From Candidatus Eiseniibacteriota bacterium (lineage in GTDB: Bacteria > Eisenbacteria > RBG-16-71-46 > CAIMUX01 > VGJL01): a stretch of 64,000 nt of DNA. The position numbers were made by a program, and so were the translations under genes. Positions 38,759-48,472 of this stretch are shown one piece after another. Each line of letters starts with the position of its first letter. Positions within the stretch are counted from its first letter, which is position 1. The stretch lies in NCBI GenBank assembly GCA_963792585.1, contig CAWBWI010000001.1, positions 1,664,001-1,728,000 of the forward strand, in the 5' to 3' direction. Below the pieces are notes generated by a model. It was not told the DNA's origin. It searched no databases and was given only the letters and a program-made list of their open reading frames with translations.

Positions 38759-40629
38759 TGGACGCGTCGAAAGATCCTCGCGCCGCGTACGAGGACAGGC
38801 TGAAAGCACGGGTCGCGCTTGCGCGCTCGCTATCGAGGCGGGAGGGCGCGATCGCCAACGCCCGGCTGCTCCTCTTCGGAGCCTTCTTTCTCCTCGCATG
38901 GCTCGGCTTCATCAGCCGCGGCATTTCCCCCGCTTGGTGCGCGCTCCCGTTGGCGCTCTTTCTCTGCCTGGTCGTCGTCCACGATCGCGTGATCCGGGCG
39001 CGCAAGCGGGCGGAACGCGCCGTCGCCTTCTACCGGCGCGGCCTCGCACGGCTCGATGACGCATGGGTGGGCACGGGGGAGGCGGGAACGCGGTTTCTGG
39101 ATGCCGCACACCCGTATGCGGAGGACCTCGATCTGTTCGGACGCGGGTCACTCTTCGAACTGCTCTGCGCCGCCCGCACGCTGGTGGGTCAGCAGACCCT
39201 GGCCGACTGGCTTTGCAATCCGGCGTCTCCCGCCACGATCAGAGAACGGCAGCCGGCGGTTGCCGAGTTGTCCTCGAAGATCGACCTGCGGGAAGACCTG
39301 GCCGTGCTCGGCGAGGCTGTCCGCGAGGGAACCGATCCGCACGCCCTGACCGCCTGGGCGTCGGCGCCCGAACGTAGGCTCGGGCGGGAGATCCCCATCA
39401 TCTCCACGGCCCTCACCGCGCTCGCCGTCGCCACCCTGCTCGCGTGGACCCGCTTCCACGCGGGACCCCTGCCCTTCGCCGGGGTAGTCTTGCTGCAGAT
39501 CTTCTTCCTGCAGCGATGGCGGCGCCGGATCGCCACCGTCCTTGCGGCGGTCGAAAAGCCGGGCAGCGAGTTGCAACTGCTCGCGCAGACGATGCGCCGG
39601 CTGGAGGCGGAACCGTTCGAGGCGCCGCGATTGCGAACGCTTCGATCCGCACTCGATACCGAGGGCCTTCCGCCTTCCAAGCGGATCGCCGGGCTCGCGC
39701 GGCTCCTCGATCGGGTCGAATGGGCTCGCAACGCGATCTTCGCACCCCTCGCGCTGATCCTCATGTGGTCCCCCCACCACGCCTATGCGATCGACGCCTG
39801 GCGCGGCCGCTACGGCGCAGCGATCGCCCTGTGGCTGGATGCGCTCGGAGAGTTGGATGCCGCTTGCTCCCTGGGCGGGCAGGCATTCGAGCGCCCCGCC
39901 GACTGCTTCCCCGAGATCGTCGACGGGGATCCCGTCTTCGATGCGGTCGGACTGGGCCACCCTCTTTTGCCCGAGTCGCAGTGCGTCCGCAATGACGTGC
40001 GTTTGGGCGAAGGGCTTTCGCTCTTGATCATCAGCGGGTCGAACATGTCGGGTAAGAGCACCATGCTCCGCACCGTCGGCGTGAACTCCATCTTGGCGTT
40101 CGCGGGCGCCTCGGTGCGCGCGCGAAGCCTGCGGATCTCGCCTCTCGCGGTCGGCGCATCGATCAGCCGCCACGACTCATTGCAGGAAGGCACGTCCCGC
40201 TTCTACGCCGAGATCAAACGGTTGCGCCAGATTGTCGATATCGCCGGCGGGACCATCCCACTCCTCTTCCTGGTCGATGAGATCCTGAACGGCACGAACT
40301 CCCACGATCGGCGGATCGGCGCCGAGGCGGTCGTTCGCGGGCTCGTCGATCGCGGAGCGATCGGAATGATCACGACCCACGATCTCGCCCTGGCACGGAT
40401 CGCGGAACCGCTCGCGGATCGCGCGGCCAATATCCACTTCGAGGACTCCATCCAGGACGGACGGATCGCCTTCGACTACACGATCCGCCCCGGGATCGTG
40501 CGCAAGAGCAACGCGCTGGCGCTCATGCGCGCGGTCGGGCTGGATGTCGGAACGAAGGACGACGCCGCGTGGCGCGGCTTTGCGGAAGATAGCGCACCGA
40601 CCGACCCCGAGCCGGAGGGGATCCTCTAG
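38758..40629 (+). CDS. Membrane-anchored MutS-related ATPase (MutS domain V only)
   Basis: Transmembrane segments, HPYAEDLDLFG, GHPLL, Walker A GSNMSGKST, S.FYAEI, DEI..GTNS, TTHDL. Confidence 0.9.
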   Translation: MDASKDPRAAYEDRLKARVALARSLSRREGAIANARLLLFGAFFLLAWLGFISRGISPAWCALPLALFLCLVVVHDRVIRARKRAERAVAFYRRGLARLDDAWVGTGEAGTRFLDAAHPYAEDLDLFGRGSLFELLCAARTLVGQQTLADWLCNPASPATIRERQPAVAELSSKIDLREDLAVLGEAVREGTDPHALTAWASAPERRLGREIPIISTALTALAVATLLAWTRFHAGPLPFAGVVLLQIFFLQRWRRRIATVLAAVEKPGSELQLLAQTMRRLEAEPFEAPRLRTLRSALDTEGLPPSKRIAGLARLLDRVEWARNAIFAPLALILMWSPHHAYAIDAWRGRYGAAIALWLDALGELDAACSLGGQAFERPADCFPEIVDGDPVFDAVGLGHPLLPESQCVRNDVRLGEGLSLLIISGSNMSGKSTMLRTVGVNSILAFAGASVRARSLRISPLAVGASISRHDSLQEGTSRFYAEIKRLRQIVDIAGGTIPLLFLVDEILNGTNSHDRRIGAEAVVRGLVDRGAIGMITTHDLALARIAEPLADRAANIHFEDSIQDGRIAFDYTIRPGIVRKSNALALMRAVGLDVGTKDDAAWRGFAEDSAPTDPEPEGIL

Positions 40630-41048
40630 GCCTTGGTCTCTTCCGAGGCGCCCGTCCGCTTCAGATCGACGGAGATCGAGTTGATGCAGTATCGCTGACC
40701 CGTCGGCGCAGGTCCGTCATCGAAGAGATGTCCGAGGTGCGAGCCGCAGCGGCTGCAAGTCACCTCCGTGCGGATCATCCCGTGGCTCCGGTCTTCGGTC
40801 AACGTAATGCGCTCGGGATCGATCGCATCGAAGAAGCTCGGCCAGCCGCAACCAGAATCGAATTTCAGGTCGGAGCGAAAGAGCTCCGCGCCGCAGCCCG
40901 CGCACCGGTAGACGCCCGGCTCGTGACAGTCCCAGTACTCCCCCGTGAAGGCGCGTTCGGTCCCCTTGCGTCGAAGCACTTCGTACTGCTCCGGTGTGAG
41001 TAGCTTGCGCCACTCCTCCTCGGTTCGCTCGAGTCTATCGTCCACCAT
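40626..41048 (-). CDS. msrB: Peptide methionine-R-sulfoxide reductase MsrB
   Basis: GTERAF, CxxC twice, KFDSGCGWPSF, RTEV, HLGHLFDDGP, RYCINS. Confidence 0.96.
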   Translation of the reverse strand: MVDDRLERTEEEWRKLLTPEQYEVLRRKGTERAFTGEYWDCHEPGVYRCAGCGAELFRSDLKFDSGCGWPSFFDAIDPERITLTEDRSHGMIRTEVTCSRCGSHLGHLFDDGPAPTGQRYCINSISVDLKRTGASEETKA

Positions 41049-41063
41049 CGATCTCCTCTTGTC

Positions 41064-41963
41064 CTATGGTGTCGCGGGGCGCGCCCCATCGAGCACTTTG
41101 CGCAATGCCCGGATGTGGTCCGGAGTGGTCCCGCAGCACCCACCCACAATCGCGACGCCGATGTCGAGCAGCTCCCTTGCCCTCGCGGCCATGAATTCCG
41201 GCGTCTCCCGATAGACGATCGAGGTTCCGTCGCGTTCGGGCAGTCCGGCATTTGGCTGGATCAGGATCGGCAATGTCGATTGCCCGCGAAACTCGCGCGC
41301 CACTCCGATCATCGATTCGATCCCGCTCCCGCAGTTCGATCCGACCACATCCGCCCCCGCCTCGGCAAGCTCCCGCGCCGCGCCCTCGATCGTCGTTCCC
41401 ATCACCGTGCGGTAGCCGCGCGGCGTCGCGTCGAATGTCATCGTCGCAAAGACGGGGATTTCGGCGGAAACCGCGCGAGCCGCGGCGATCGCGAGCCTCG
41501 CTTCGGCGGGATCCATCATCGTCTCGATTGCGATCACGTCGGCGCCCGCCGCGACCAGCACTTCGATCTGCCTGTGGTAGCCGTCGAGAATCGCCGCGGG
41601 ATCGGCGTCCCCGTACGGCTTGAGGATCCGGCCCGACGGCCCCACCGACCCGGCGATCCAGGCGCGGCGACCGATCGCCGCGCGAACCCGCTCGACCGCA
41701 AGCCGGTTGATCGGCTCCATCGAGCCTTCGATTCCGTAGAGGGCGAGCTTCATCGGGGAACCGCCGAATGTGTTCGTCGTGACGAAGTCGGCTCCCGCGT
41801 CCGCATATGCCCCGGCAATCTCGACGAGCCACTCCGGATCGGTCAGGACGATCGACTCGGGGCAGACGCGCGGCTTCAGTCCGCGGGCGATCAGCATCGT
41901 CCCCAGACCGCCGTCGAACAGGAGTCGCTCGCCCGCCCGGAGTCGCGCGAGGATCGGGTTCAT
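41064..41963 (-). CDS. Homocysteine S-methyltransferase domain protein (stand-alone MetH N-terminal module)
   Basis: DGGLGT, TNTFG, GSVGP, IETM, GSNC, PNAGLP, GGCCGTTP.HI. Confidence 0.92.
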   Translation of the reverse strand: MNPILARLRAGERLLFDGGLGTMLIARGLKPRVCPESIVLTDPEWLVEIAGAYADAGADFVTTNTFGGSPMKLALYGIEGSMEPINRLAVERVRAAIGRRAWIAGSVGPSGRILKPYGDADPAAILDGYHRQIEVLVAAGADVIAIETMMDPAEARLAIAAARAVSAEIPVFATMTFDATPRGYRTVMGTTIEGAARELAEAGADVVGSNCGSGIESMIGVAREFRGQSTLPILIQPNAGLPERDGTSIVYRETPEFMAARARELLDIGVAIVGGCCGTTPDHIRALRKVLDGARPATP

Positions 41964-42592
41964 CCGAGCAGGGCCTGCACGCGCTCCACCGCGTTCGCGC
42001 CGTCGAAGCCGTATGCATCGGCTCCGAATTCGCGCGCGATCTCCTCCGACAGCGGGGCGCCGCCGACGATGGTGCGGATCTTCCCGCTGAGGCGGCGGGC
42101 GCGGAGGAGGTCGACGACTTCCTTCATCACCGGCATCGTCGTCGTGAGCAGGGCCGACATGCCGATGACCGTCGCGCCCGATTCCCTCGCGGCCTTCACG
42201 AACTGCTCCGGAGCGACGTCGTTGCCCAGATCGATGACCTCGAATCCGGCGCCCCGGAGCAGGATTGCGACGAGGTTCTTGCCGATGTCGTGCAAGTCCC
42301 CGCGGACCGTGCCGATCACGATCTTCCCCCGGAGCGGGATTCCCTCCTGGATGAGCAGGGGTTTCAGTTCATCCATGCCCGCGTACATCGCCCGCGCGGC
42401 CATGAGGACGTCGGGGAGGAACATCTCGTGGTGGCGGAACTTCTCCCCCACGACATTCATCCCCGCGATGAGACCTCGATCGAGGATCTCCTTGGGTGGA
42501 ATTCCGAGAGCGATCGCCTGGCGCGTCAGCGCCGCGACCCTCTCCTCCTCACCCAACTTCAGATCCTCCGCGATCCGGGTCAGTATCTCCAT
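41960..42592 (-). CDS. Methyltransferase cognate corrinoid protein
   Basis: Cap domain (GL..GM..VG..F...EMFLP) and GDLHDIGKN...SALLT...VGGA cobalamin-binding motif. Confidence 0.94.
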   Translation of the reverse strand: MEILTRIAEDLKLGEEERVAALTRQAIALGIPPKEILDRGLIAGMNVVGEKFRHHEMFLPDVLMAARAMYAGMDELKPLLIQEGIPLRGKIVIGTVRGDLHDIGKNLVAILLRGAGFEVIDLGNDVAPEQFVKAARESGATVIGMSALLTTTMPVMKEVVDLLRARRLSGKIRTIVGGAPLSEEIAREFGADAYGFDGANAVERVQALLG

Positions 42593-42602
42593 CCCGCCCT
42601 CC

Positions 42603-43316
42603 CTAGTCGTGTTCCATGACCCGCAGGATGCGCGCGCGGCAACCTCTCGCCCGGCATTCGCGGCAGAACGGATAGCTGTCCTCGAAAGCGTGGATCTCGC
42701 GCGCTCCCGCGACGACCACGCCCGACATCGATTTCAATGGCTGCATCAGGTAGCTCTCCCGCAGGCTGATCCCGATCTCCTCGGGCTGAAGGGCGGCAAA
42801 GAGCCTCCGCTGCCCGCTAATGTGCCAGCCGCAGTAACCGGGGCTGTAGCGAAGCACCCCGATTCTCGGCCCGCCAATCCAGTGCCACCCGAGCGTTTCG
42901 CGAAAGCGACCCTCGATCCGATCGCCGGCCTGCTCGGTCGCCGCGGAGGCGACGGCATCGAGCATCGTACCGAGCGCGAATTCACGGGACCCGAAGCGCC
43001 GCAGGATCTCGCAGCTGACCGCTTCGCCGACCGTGAGGGCGAAGAGCGCCATCCGGTCCGCGCGAGGGAAGACCTGCGCCAGAGGCGTCACGGGCTCGTT
43101 GCGGTCCTCGCCGTGATAGATCGACACGAACTCTTCGGGCGAGATATCCGCCACAACGGCCTCGGGCGCCGCGTGGGATGCGAAGATCTCATATGCGGAC
43201 CGCAGCATCTCCTCGTTGCGCGGGCTCGGAGTCCCCGGAGGCATCCCCAGTTGCGCCAGGACCGCGCCTCGATCGGGAAGGATCTCCTCGGCCGGGATCT
43301 CGACGATATCCCTCAT
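42603..43316 (-). CDS. B12-dependent methionine synthase activation-domain protein
   Basis: FALTVG, LDAVAS, RYSPGYC.W....Q..LF, GI.L..S.LM.P.KS.SG; C-terminal CxxC...C. Confidence 0.88.
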   Translation of the reverse strand: MRDIVEIPAEEILPDRGAVLAQLGMPPGTPSPRNEEMLRSAYEIFASHAAPEAVVADISPEEFVSIYHGEDRNEPVTPLAQVFPRADRMALFALTVGEAVSCEILRRFGSREFALGTMLDAVASAATEQAGDRIEGRFRETLGWHWIGGPRIGVLRYSPGYCGWHISGQRRLFAALQPEEIGISLRESYLMQPLKSMSGVVVAGAREIHAFEDSYPFCRECRARGCRARILRVMEHD

Positions 43317-44767
43317 GGGTCACGCGCCGGGAGGGACGGCATTCCATGACGACGGGCCTCCGTCTCCATCCTGCGGACCAGCTCTTGCTTCGCGGAATCG
43401 GACAGGCGGGAAGGAGTCGCCGCGGAGATCTTCCTCTCGACCTCCCGGTGAGCCCTCTCTCCGAGCGTGAGACCGCCTTCTTCGAGCCACCGGGAGCGGT
43501 TCGCCCGATCGATCACCGGGCCGGGGAATAGGTGCTCGTCGCGGAGATGCCGGCGCGTGTGCTTGGAGATCAGGAGGTGTCCCTCCCGAAGGAGTTCTTC
43601 GAAATGGGGCAGCGCCGGGAAGTCATCCCTCGGGACGATGCCGCGACCGAGTCGCAGCGCCATCCCGGCAATCTCGTTGTCGAGGAGGAGCTTTTCCAGA
43701 CTCTGGCAGCTCTCGAAGTCGAGCATCCCGGGGCCCGAAACGCTTTGAATCCCCGAAAGAACGGCGAGTGTCGCTCCCATCGAGGTCTCGAGACCGGCCT
43801 GCGCATCGAGCTGCTTTGCATCGCTGAGGGATGTATAGGCCTGCGTCGGTAGGCCGAGATGGCGGCCGATCTCGGCATAGGCGCAGTCGAGGAGCATCGT
43901 CTCGGGCGCGCCCATCGGGGTCGTCTCGTAACGAACGTCGAATGCGGCGGGAGAGCCGCCGTAGAGGACCGGTGCGCCCGGAGCGGCCAGCTGACCCATC
44001 ACGATGCCGCTCAACGTCTCGGCGGTGTGCTGGACGAGGCTGCCGACGATCGTCACCGGCGACATGAATCCCGTGAGCGGCATCGAGATCGTCTCGACGG
44101 GAATGCCGGACCGCGCGCAGTCGATGAGGTTCTGCGAGGTCACCCGGCTCCACTTCAGGGGCGCGGTCGGACAGCAGGAGAAGATGGTGAGAGGCTTGGC
44201 TGCGAGCTCTCCCTCAGAACCGCGGACGATCACCTGGAGATCGCGCATGATCTCGAACGACTCGATCGTGAAGGCGCCGGTCACCACGGGCTTCTCGCCG
44301 TAAAGGAGGCTCAGGAAGAGCCGGTAGCTGTCCTGAATCGGCTCCGGGACGTCGGCGGGGATGAAGGCGGTGCTCTGCGCGGCGATGTGTTCGAGCCCAT
44401 CCACGAGCTTGACGTGGCGAATGTAGTCACGCGTGGTCGGCTTACGCATTTTCCCCGTATCCGGGTCGAGGATATGGATGGCGGCGGAGCCGGGCGTGAA
44501 GTAGGTCCTTCCGTCCACGAAGTCGTGGGTTTCGACCCCGAGAAGATCGTGCAGCTTGAAGGAGCGCGGCGCGGTTCCGAGCGCCCGGTCGATCAGATCG
44601 CCGGGGATGCGGGCCCGGCCGCCCTCGATCGCGGCGCCATGATCGCCCAGCAGGGCCAGCGCCTCCGGGTTGTGGATCTCGGTCCCGAGCGTCGCCAGCA
44701 GGCTGCGCGCCTCGGCGAGGATTCGTTCGATGAGCGGAACATCGAGGAAACGGACGGTGGGTCTCAA
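43313..44767 (-). CDS. Trimethylamine/quaternary-amine:corrinoid methyltransferase (MttB superfamily, non-pyrrolysine)
   Basis: SPVT..GSLVQH.AE.L.G...QL..PGAPV.YG, GAPE, SDAK..DAQAG.E, GPGML; no in-frame TAG; TTG start. Confidence 0.92.
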   Translation of the reverse strand: MRPTVRFLDVPLIERILAEARSLLATLGTEIHNPEALALLGDHGAAIEGGRARIPGDLIDRALGTAPRSFKLHDLLGVETHDFVDGRTYFTPGSAAIHILDPDTGKMRKPTTRDYIRHVKLVDGLEHIAAQSTAFIPADVPEPIQDSYRLFLSLLYGEKPVVTGAFTIESFEIMRDLQVIVRGSEGELAAKPLTIFSCCPTAPLKWSRVTSQNLIDCARSGIPVETISMPLTGFMSPVTIVGSLVQHTAETLSGIVMGQLAAPGAPVLYGGSPAAFDVRYETTPMGAPETMLLDCAYAEIGRHLGLPTQAYTSLSDAKQLDAQAGLETSMGATLAVLSGIQSVSGPGMLDFESCQSLEKLLLDNEIAGMALRLGRGIVPRDDFPALPHFEELLREGHLLISKHTRRHLRDEHLFPGPVIDRANRSRWLEEGGLTLGERAHREVERKISAATPSRLSDSAKQELVRRMETEARRHGMPSLPARDP

Positions 44768-44910
44768 CGCGTTGCCCCCCCCGAGCCAGATCGGAACGCT
44801 GCGGTTCGTTCGGACGCTGGCGATACTAGCACCGAAGGCAGGGGGGCGGCCAGGAGACGGGAGGTCCAGGAAACGGGAGGTCCCGTCGTCGGGACCTCCC
44901 TCCTGGCGGA

Positions 44911-45507
44911 CTACTTGCCCATCGGCGCCATCTGGTGCGTCGGCGCCTGGTTCCTGATAGGCGGGACGGACTGGAGGTAGGCGAAGATCGACTTCAAGTC
45001 CTCATCGGTTGCCTTGCCGATCCCCGGCCACGGCATCGGCGGGAGGATCGGCTCGCCCTTGCCCATGTGCTTTCCCGTCCTCATCGCCTGAATGAAGATC
45101 TCGGGGGTCCAGGAGCCAATGCCGGTTTCCATGTCGGGGGTGAGATTGTAGGAATAGGAGATTCCCCATGGTCCGGCGAACACCGTCCCGGAGCCATCCC
45201 CGAACCACATCCACGAGCCTTCAGGCTTCGGAGGCGGGGAGATCTGCATTCCCTCCGGAGAGCCCGATAGCAGACGCGCCATGTCGGGCTCCGGCCCGTT
45301 GGGCCCCATCTTGAAAGGCGTATGGCAATCGTTACAGCCGCCCAACGCAACGAGGTACTTGCCTCGCTCAATCATCGCCTTCTCCCCGCCCGGAGCCGGA
45401 GCAGCCTGCGCCGGCCGGACACCATGGACTTCGCTCATCACGAGGAGAATCGCCGGCAAGCTGACAACGAGCATGCCCAAGAACTTGGTCATCGATGACC
45501 TGGTCAT
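44911..45507 (-). CDS. c-type cytochrome (single CxxCH, 'diheme cytochrome c-553'-like family)
   Basis: Signal peptide; ERGKYLV...CNDCHTP, GPWG, NLTPD.ETGIGSW, PPMPW. Confidence 0.88.
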   Translation of the reverse strand: MTRSSMTKFLGMLVVSLPAILLVMSEVHGVRPAQAAPAPGGEKAMIERGKYLVALGGCNDCHTPFKMGPNGPEPDMARLLSGSPEGMQISPPPKPEGSWMWFGDGSGTVFAGPWGISYSYNLTPDMETGIGSWTPEIFIQAMRTGKHMGKGEPILPPMPWPGIGKATDEDLKSIFAYLQSVPPIRNQAPTHQMAPMGK

Positions 45508-45737
45508 ATTCAAATACCCCCACTGATTCGTGACTGGATGACGTGACTCTGGGCTCGCGCCCATCCTCCCCCTCCTTCGGCCCGGTCCGAAACGGGGAGG
45601 GAGCAACAGGCATTCTGCCCGGGATCTCGCCATGATCAACACAAAAAATCGCGTGGCTGAGTAGCCGCGCTCATAGTGTAGAGTCACAGGTCTCCTAGAA
45701 ACCACGCGGGCCCCACTCACCGGAGGTCGAGAACCGC

Positions 45738-47339
45738 ATGATCTTCGTATGCAGGCGACAAGTTTGCCGAGTTTTCTGGATTGGCATCGCCGCCATGATC
45801 GGCATGTATCCCATTGTCGCACAATCTATTACGCAGGTACCCTCCGTCGCGCAGCCGGACAGCGCGCTGGCGGTCACTCTCGCGGGGATCGAGGGGGCGC
45901 CCCTTGCGCTCCCCGACGCCGTCCGGTTGGGGCTCGAAGCGACCTCCGCAGTCCGCGAAGCGCGGGCCGGACTCGAGGCGGCCCAGGAGGCGGTAGGGCG
46001 GGAACGGGGTTCGTTCGATCCCACCTTGTTTGCCGACCTTACCCGGAGGAGTGACGATCGGTTGACGGCTTCGGCCTTCTCCGGCGCTCCGGTACTGAAG
46101 ACCCGCGAGACGATCGCATCGGGGGGCGCCAGCGTCCACCTGCCGATCGGCACCGACCTGTCGGCCACACTGAACGCGCAGAGGACGACGACAAATTCCT
46201 CGTTCGCTTCCCTCAATCCACAGTACGACGCGTTCGCCGGACTCACGATCAGACAGCCGCTCCTGAAGGGATTCGGCCCCGCAGCGAACCAGGACTTCAG
46301 GTCCACCCAGCGAATCCTCGATGCGGCGCGGGCCGGCTATCTCGACGCCGTCCTGGGCGCGCGGGCGGACATCGAGTCGACGTACTGGAATCTCTATGCG
46401 GCGGAGCGGGATCTCGCCGTGCAGGAACTGATCTTCGAGCGCGCCCAAGCTCTTCTGGTCGAGACGCGCACCCGCGCCACGGCGGGACTGGTCGGTCCGA
46501 GTGCGACCGCGAGCGCCCGCGTCTTCGCCGCAGAACAGGAGCAGGCCGTTCTGGACCGTGAGGAGGATCTCGATCTGATCAGCGATCGGTTGGCGACCCT
46601 GATCGGGGTCCGCCCTCCCGGCGGACAGCGGCGGTGGCGTCCCACGGAAAGCCCGTCGACCGACGTCGCGGTCCTGCCGGCCGACTCCCTCGTCGCGCTC
46701 GCGATTCAGCGAAACCCCGGCCTCGCCGCCCTGCGCGCCGCGTCGGAATCGGTGCGCGCGCTCGAACGCGGGGCGGCGTGGGATGCTCTTCCGCAAGTCG
46801 ATCTCGTCGGATCGATCGGCGGCTCGGGGCTCTCGGGGACCGGGCGGGACGTCATCTTCGGCAGCGATACGCTGCGTGCCGAGTCGAAAGGCGATCTGGG
46901 TGAGAGCCTGCGACAGGTTCGCTCGCGAGACTATCCGAGCTGGAGCGCGGGCATTCGTTTCTCGATGCCCTTGCTCCTCCGCGACGGGAGAGGCGAGCGA
47001 GATCGTCTGCGCGCGGAGACCCGTCGGGCCGACGAAGTGACGGTCGCCACCGAGCGCGCGATCGAGGAGCGCGTGCGCGCGGCCCATCGTGCCCTCGTCC
47101 ACGCCGGCCAGCGTTTGGCGGCCGCCCGGGAAGGGGTCGACGCCTCGCAGGAGCAGGTTCGGATCGGACTCGTCGAGTACCGAAACGGCCGTTCCACAGC
47201 CTTTGAAATCGTCCGTCTGGGCGCCGACCTCGCCTCGGCCCAGCAACGCTACTCCCGGGCCCTCGTGCGCGCCGCGCAGGCGACGGCGGAGATTCGGTAC
47301 CTGACCGCCGAGGATCCCCCGATCCTCGCGTCGGAATGA
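45738..47339 (+). CDS. TolC-family outer membrane efflux protein
   Basis: FDPTL, IRQPLLKGFG, YWNL, LPQVDL, YP.WS.G..FSMPL, Y.NG.ST motifs. Confidence 0.88.
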   Translation: MIFVCRRQVCRVFWIGIAAMIGMYPIVAQSITQVPSVAQPDSALAVTLAGIEGAPLALPDAVRLGLEATSAVREARAGLEAAQEAVGRERGSFDPTLFADLTRRSDDRLTASAFSGAPVLKTRETIASGGASVHLPIGTDLSATLNAQRTTTNSSFASLNPQYDAFAGLTIRQPLLKGFGPAANQDFRSTQRILDAARAGYLDAVLGARADIESTYWNLYAAERDLAVQELIFERAQALLVETRTRATAGLVGPSATASARVFAAEQEQAVLDREEDLDLISDRLATLIGVRPPGGQRRWRPTESPSTDVAVLPADSLVALAIQRNPGLAALRAASESVRALERGAAWDALPQVDLVGSIGGSGLSGTGRDVIFGSDTLRAESKGDLGESLRQVRSRDYPSWSAGIRFSMPLLLRDGRGERDRLRAETRRADEVTVATERAIEERVRAAHRALVHAGQRLAAAREGVDASQEQVRIGLVEYRNGRSTAFEIVRLGADLASAQQRYSRALVRAAQATAEIRYLTAEDPPILASE

Positions 47340-48472
47340 TGAGGAGATTCCTGATGATCGCGATCGATCGATACCCTGATTCCCCACGATTCGCTGCGTG
47401 CTTGCTCCTCGCCCTCCTCGCCGTCGCGCCGGGGTGCGCGAAGAAGAACGCGGCGCAGGGCGGCTTCAAGATGCCTCCGACGCCGGTCGAGACCGCGATC
47501 GTCGCCTCCGCCCCGATGGTGGATCGATTCGAGGTGATCGGATCGATCGAGGCGGGGGAGGCGATCACCGTCGTGTCCGAGATCGATGGCGCGATCGTGA
47601 GCCTTCCCTTCCGTGAGGGCGAGCCGATCCGCCGGGGCGGCCTGATCGCCCAGATCGACGACGCCCAGCTTGCCGCGGACGTCGACCGCGCCGAGGCGCT
47701 GCGCGCGCAAAGCCAGGCGACCTTCGATCGCGTGAAGTCGGTCGTGGATCAAGGGGCCGGCGCGCCCCAGGACCTCGACGACGCCGCCGCGGCCCTGAAG
47801 GTGGCGGAGGCCAATCTGGCGCTCGCCCGCACGGCGCTGGCCAAGACCCGGATCGTCGCGCCGTTCGACGGGATCGCCGGCGCCCGTCGCGTCAGCCCCG
47901 GCGCCTTCGTCCGCGCGGGACAGGCGATCACCGACCTCGCGCAGATCACCGAGATCCGGGTCAACTTCTCCGCGCCCGAGCGCTATCTCGGCAAGCTCGC
48001 ACGGGGCGCCGGGTGACCATCTCCACGACCGCCTATCCGGGCTACGGAACTCAAGGGCAAGATCGATGTGATCGAGCCCGTGCTCGACCCCGCGACGCGC
48101 AGCGCGCGAGATCGTCGCGCGCGTGGCCAATCCCGGCGGACGATTCCGCCCGGGCATGTCGGCGAACGTGACCGCCGTCCTGAGCGAGCGCGGCCGACGC
48201 GCTCGACCGTGCCCAACGAGGCGGTCTTCGTCGAGGGCAACCAGGCCTTCGTCTACGTCGTGAAGGCCGACAGCACGGTGACGCGCGACGGCGCTGACCC
48301 TCGGGATCGCGCACGCCGGAGGCCGTCGAGGTCGTCCAGGGTCTCGACGCCCGGAATGCGGGTCGTCCGCGCCGGCCACCAGAAGCTCTACGAGGGCGCG
48401 AAGGTCATGCCGATCCAGAGCCAGGGGGCGGCCGCCAGTTCTGCGGCGCCGGGCGCGGGAGGGGCGCGATGA
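47336..48472 (+). pseudogene. RND efflux periplasmic adaptor subunit, frameshifted (probably sequencing artefact)
   Basis: Lipobox APGC, I.APFDG, VP.EAV, G.QKL; the reading frame shifts several times after ~48010. Confidence 0.8.

Noticed and set aside
38758..40629. Mismatch-repair mutS
   Set aside because: Only the ATPase domain plus transmembrane helices are present; the mismatch-binding domains are absent.
43313..44767. Pyrrolysine recoding in the MttB homologue
   Set aside because: The ORF is uninterrupted, with no in-frame TAG before the SDAK motif and no pyl genes in the window.
44768..44910. Cobalamin or SAM riboswitch ahead of the methyltransferase operon
   Set aside because: The gap is short and I could not identify B12-box or S-box consensus elements. 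An Rfam scan would settle it.
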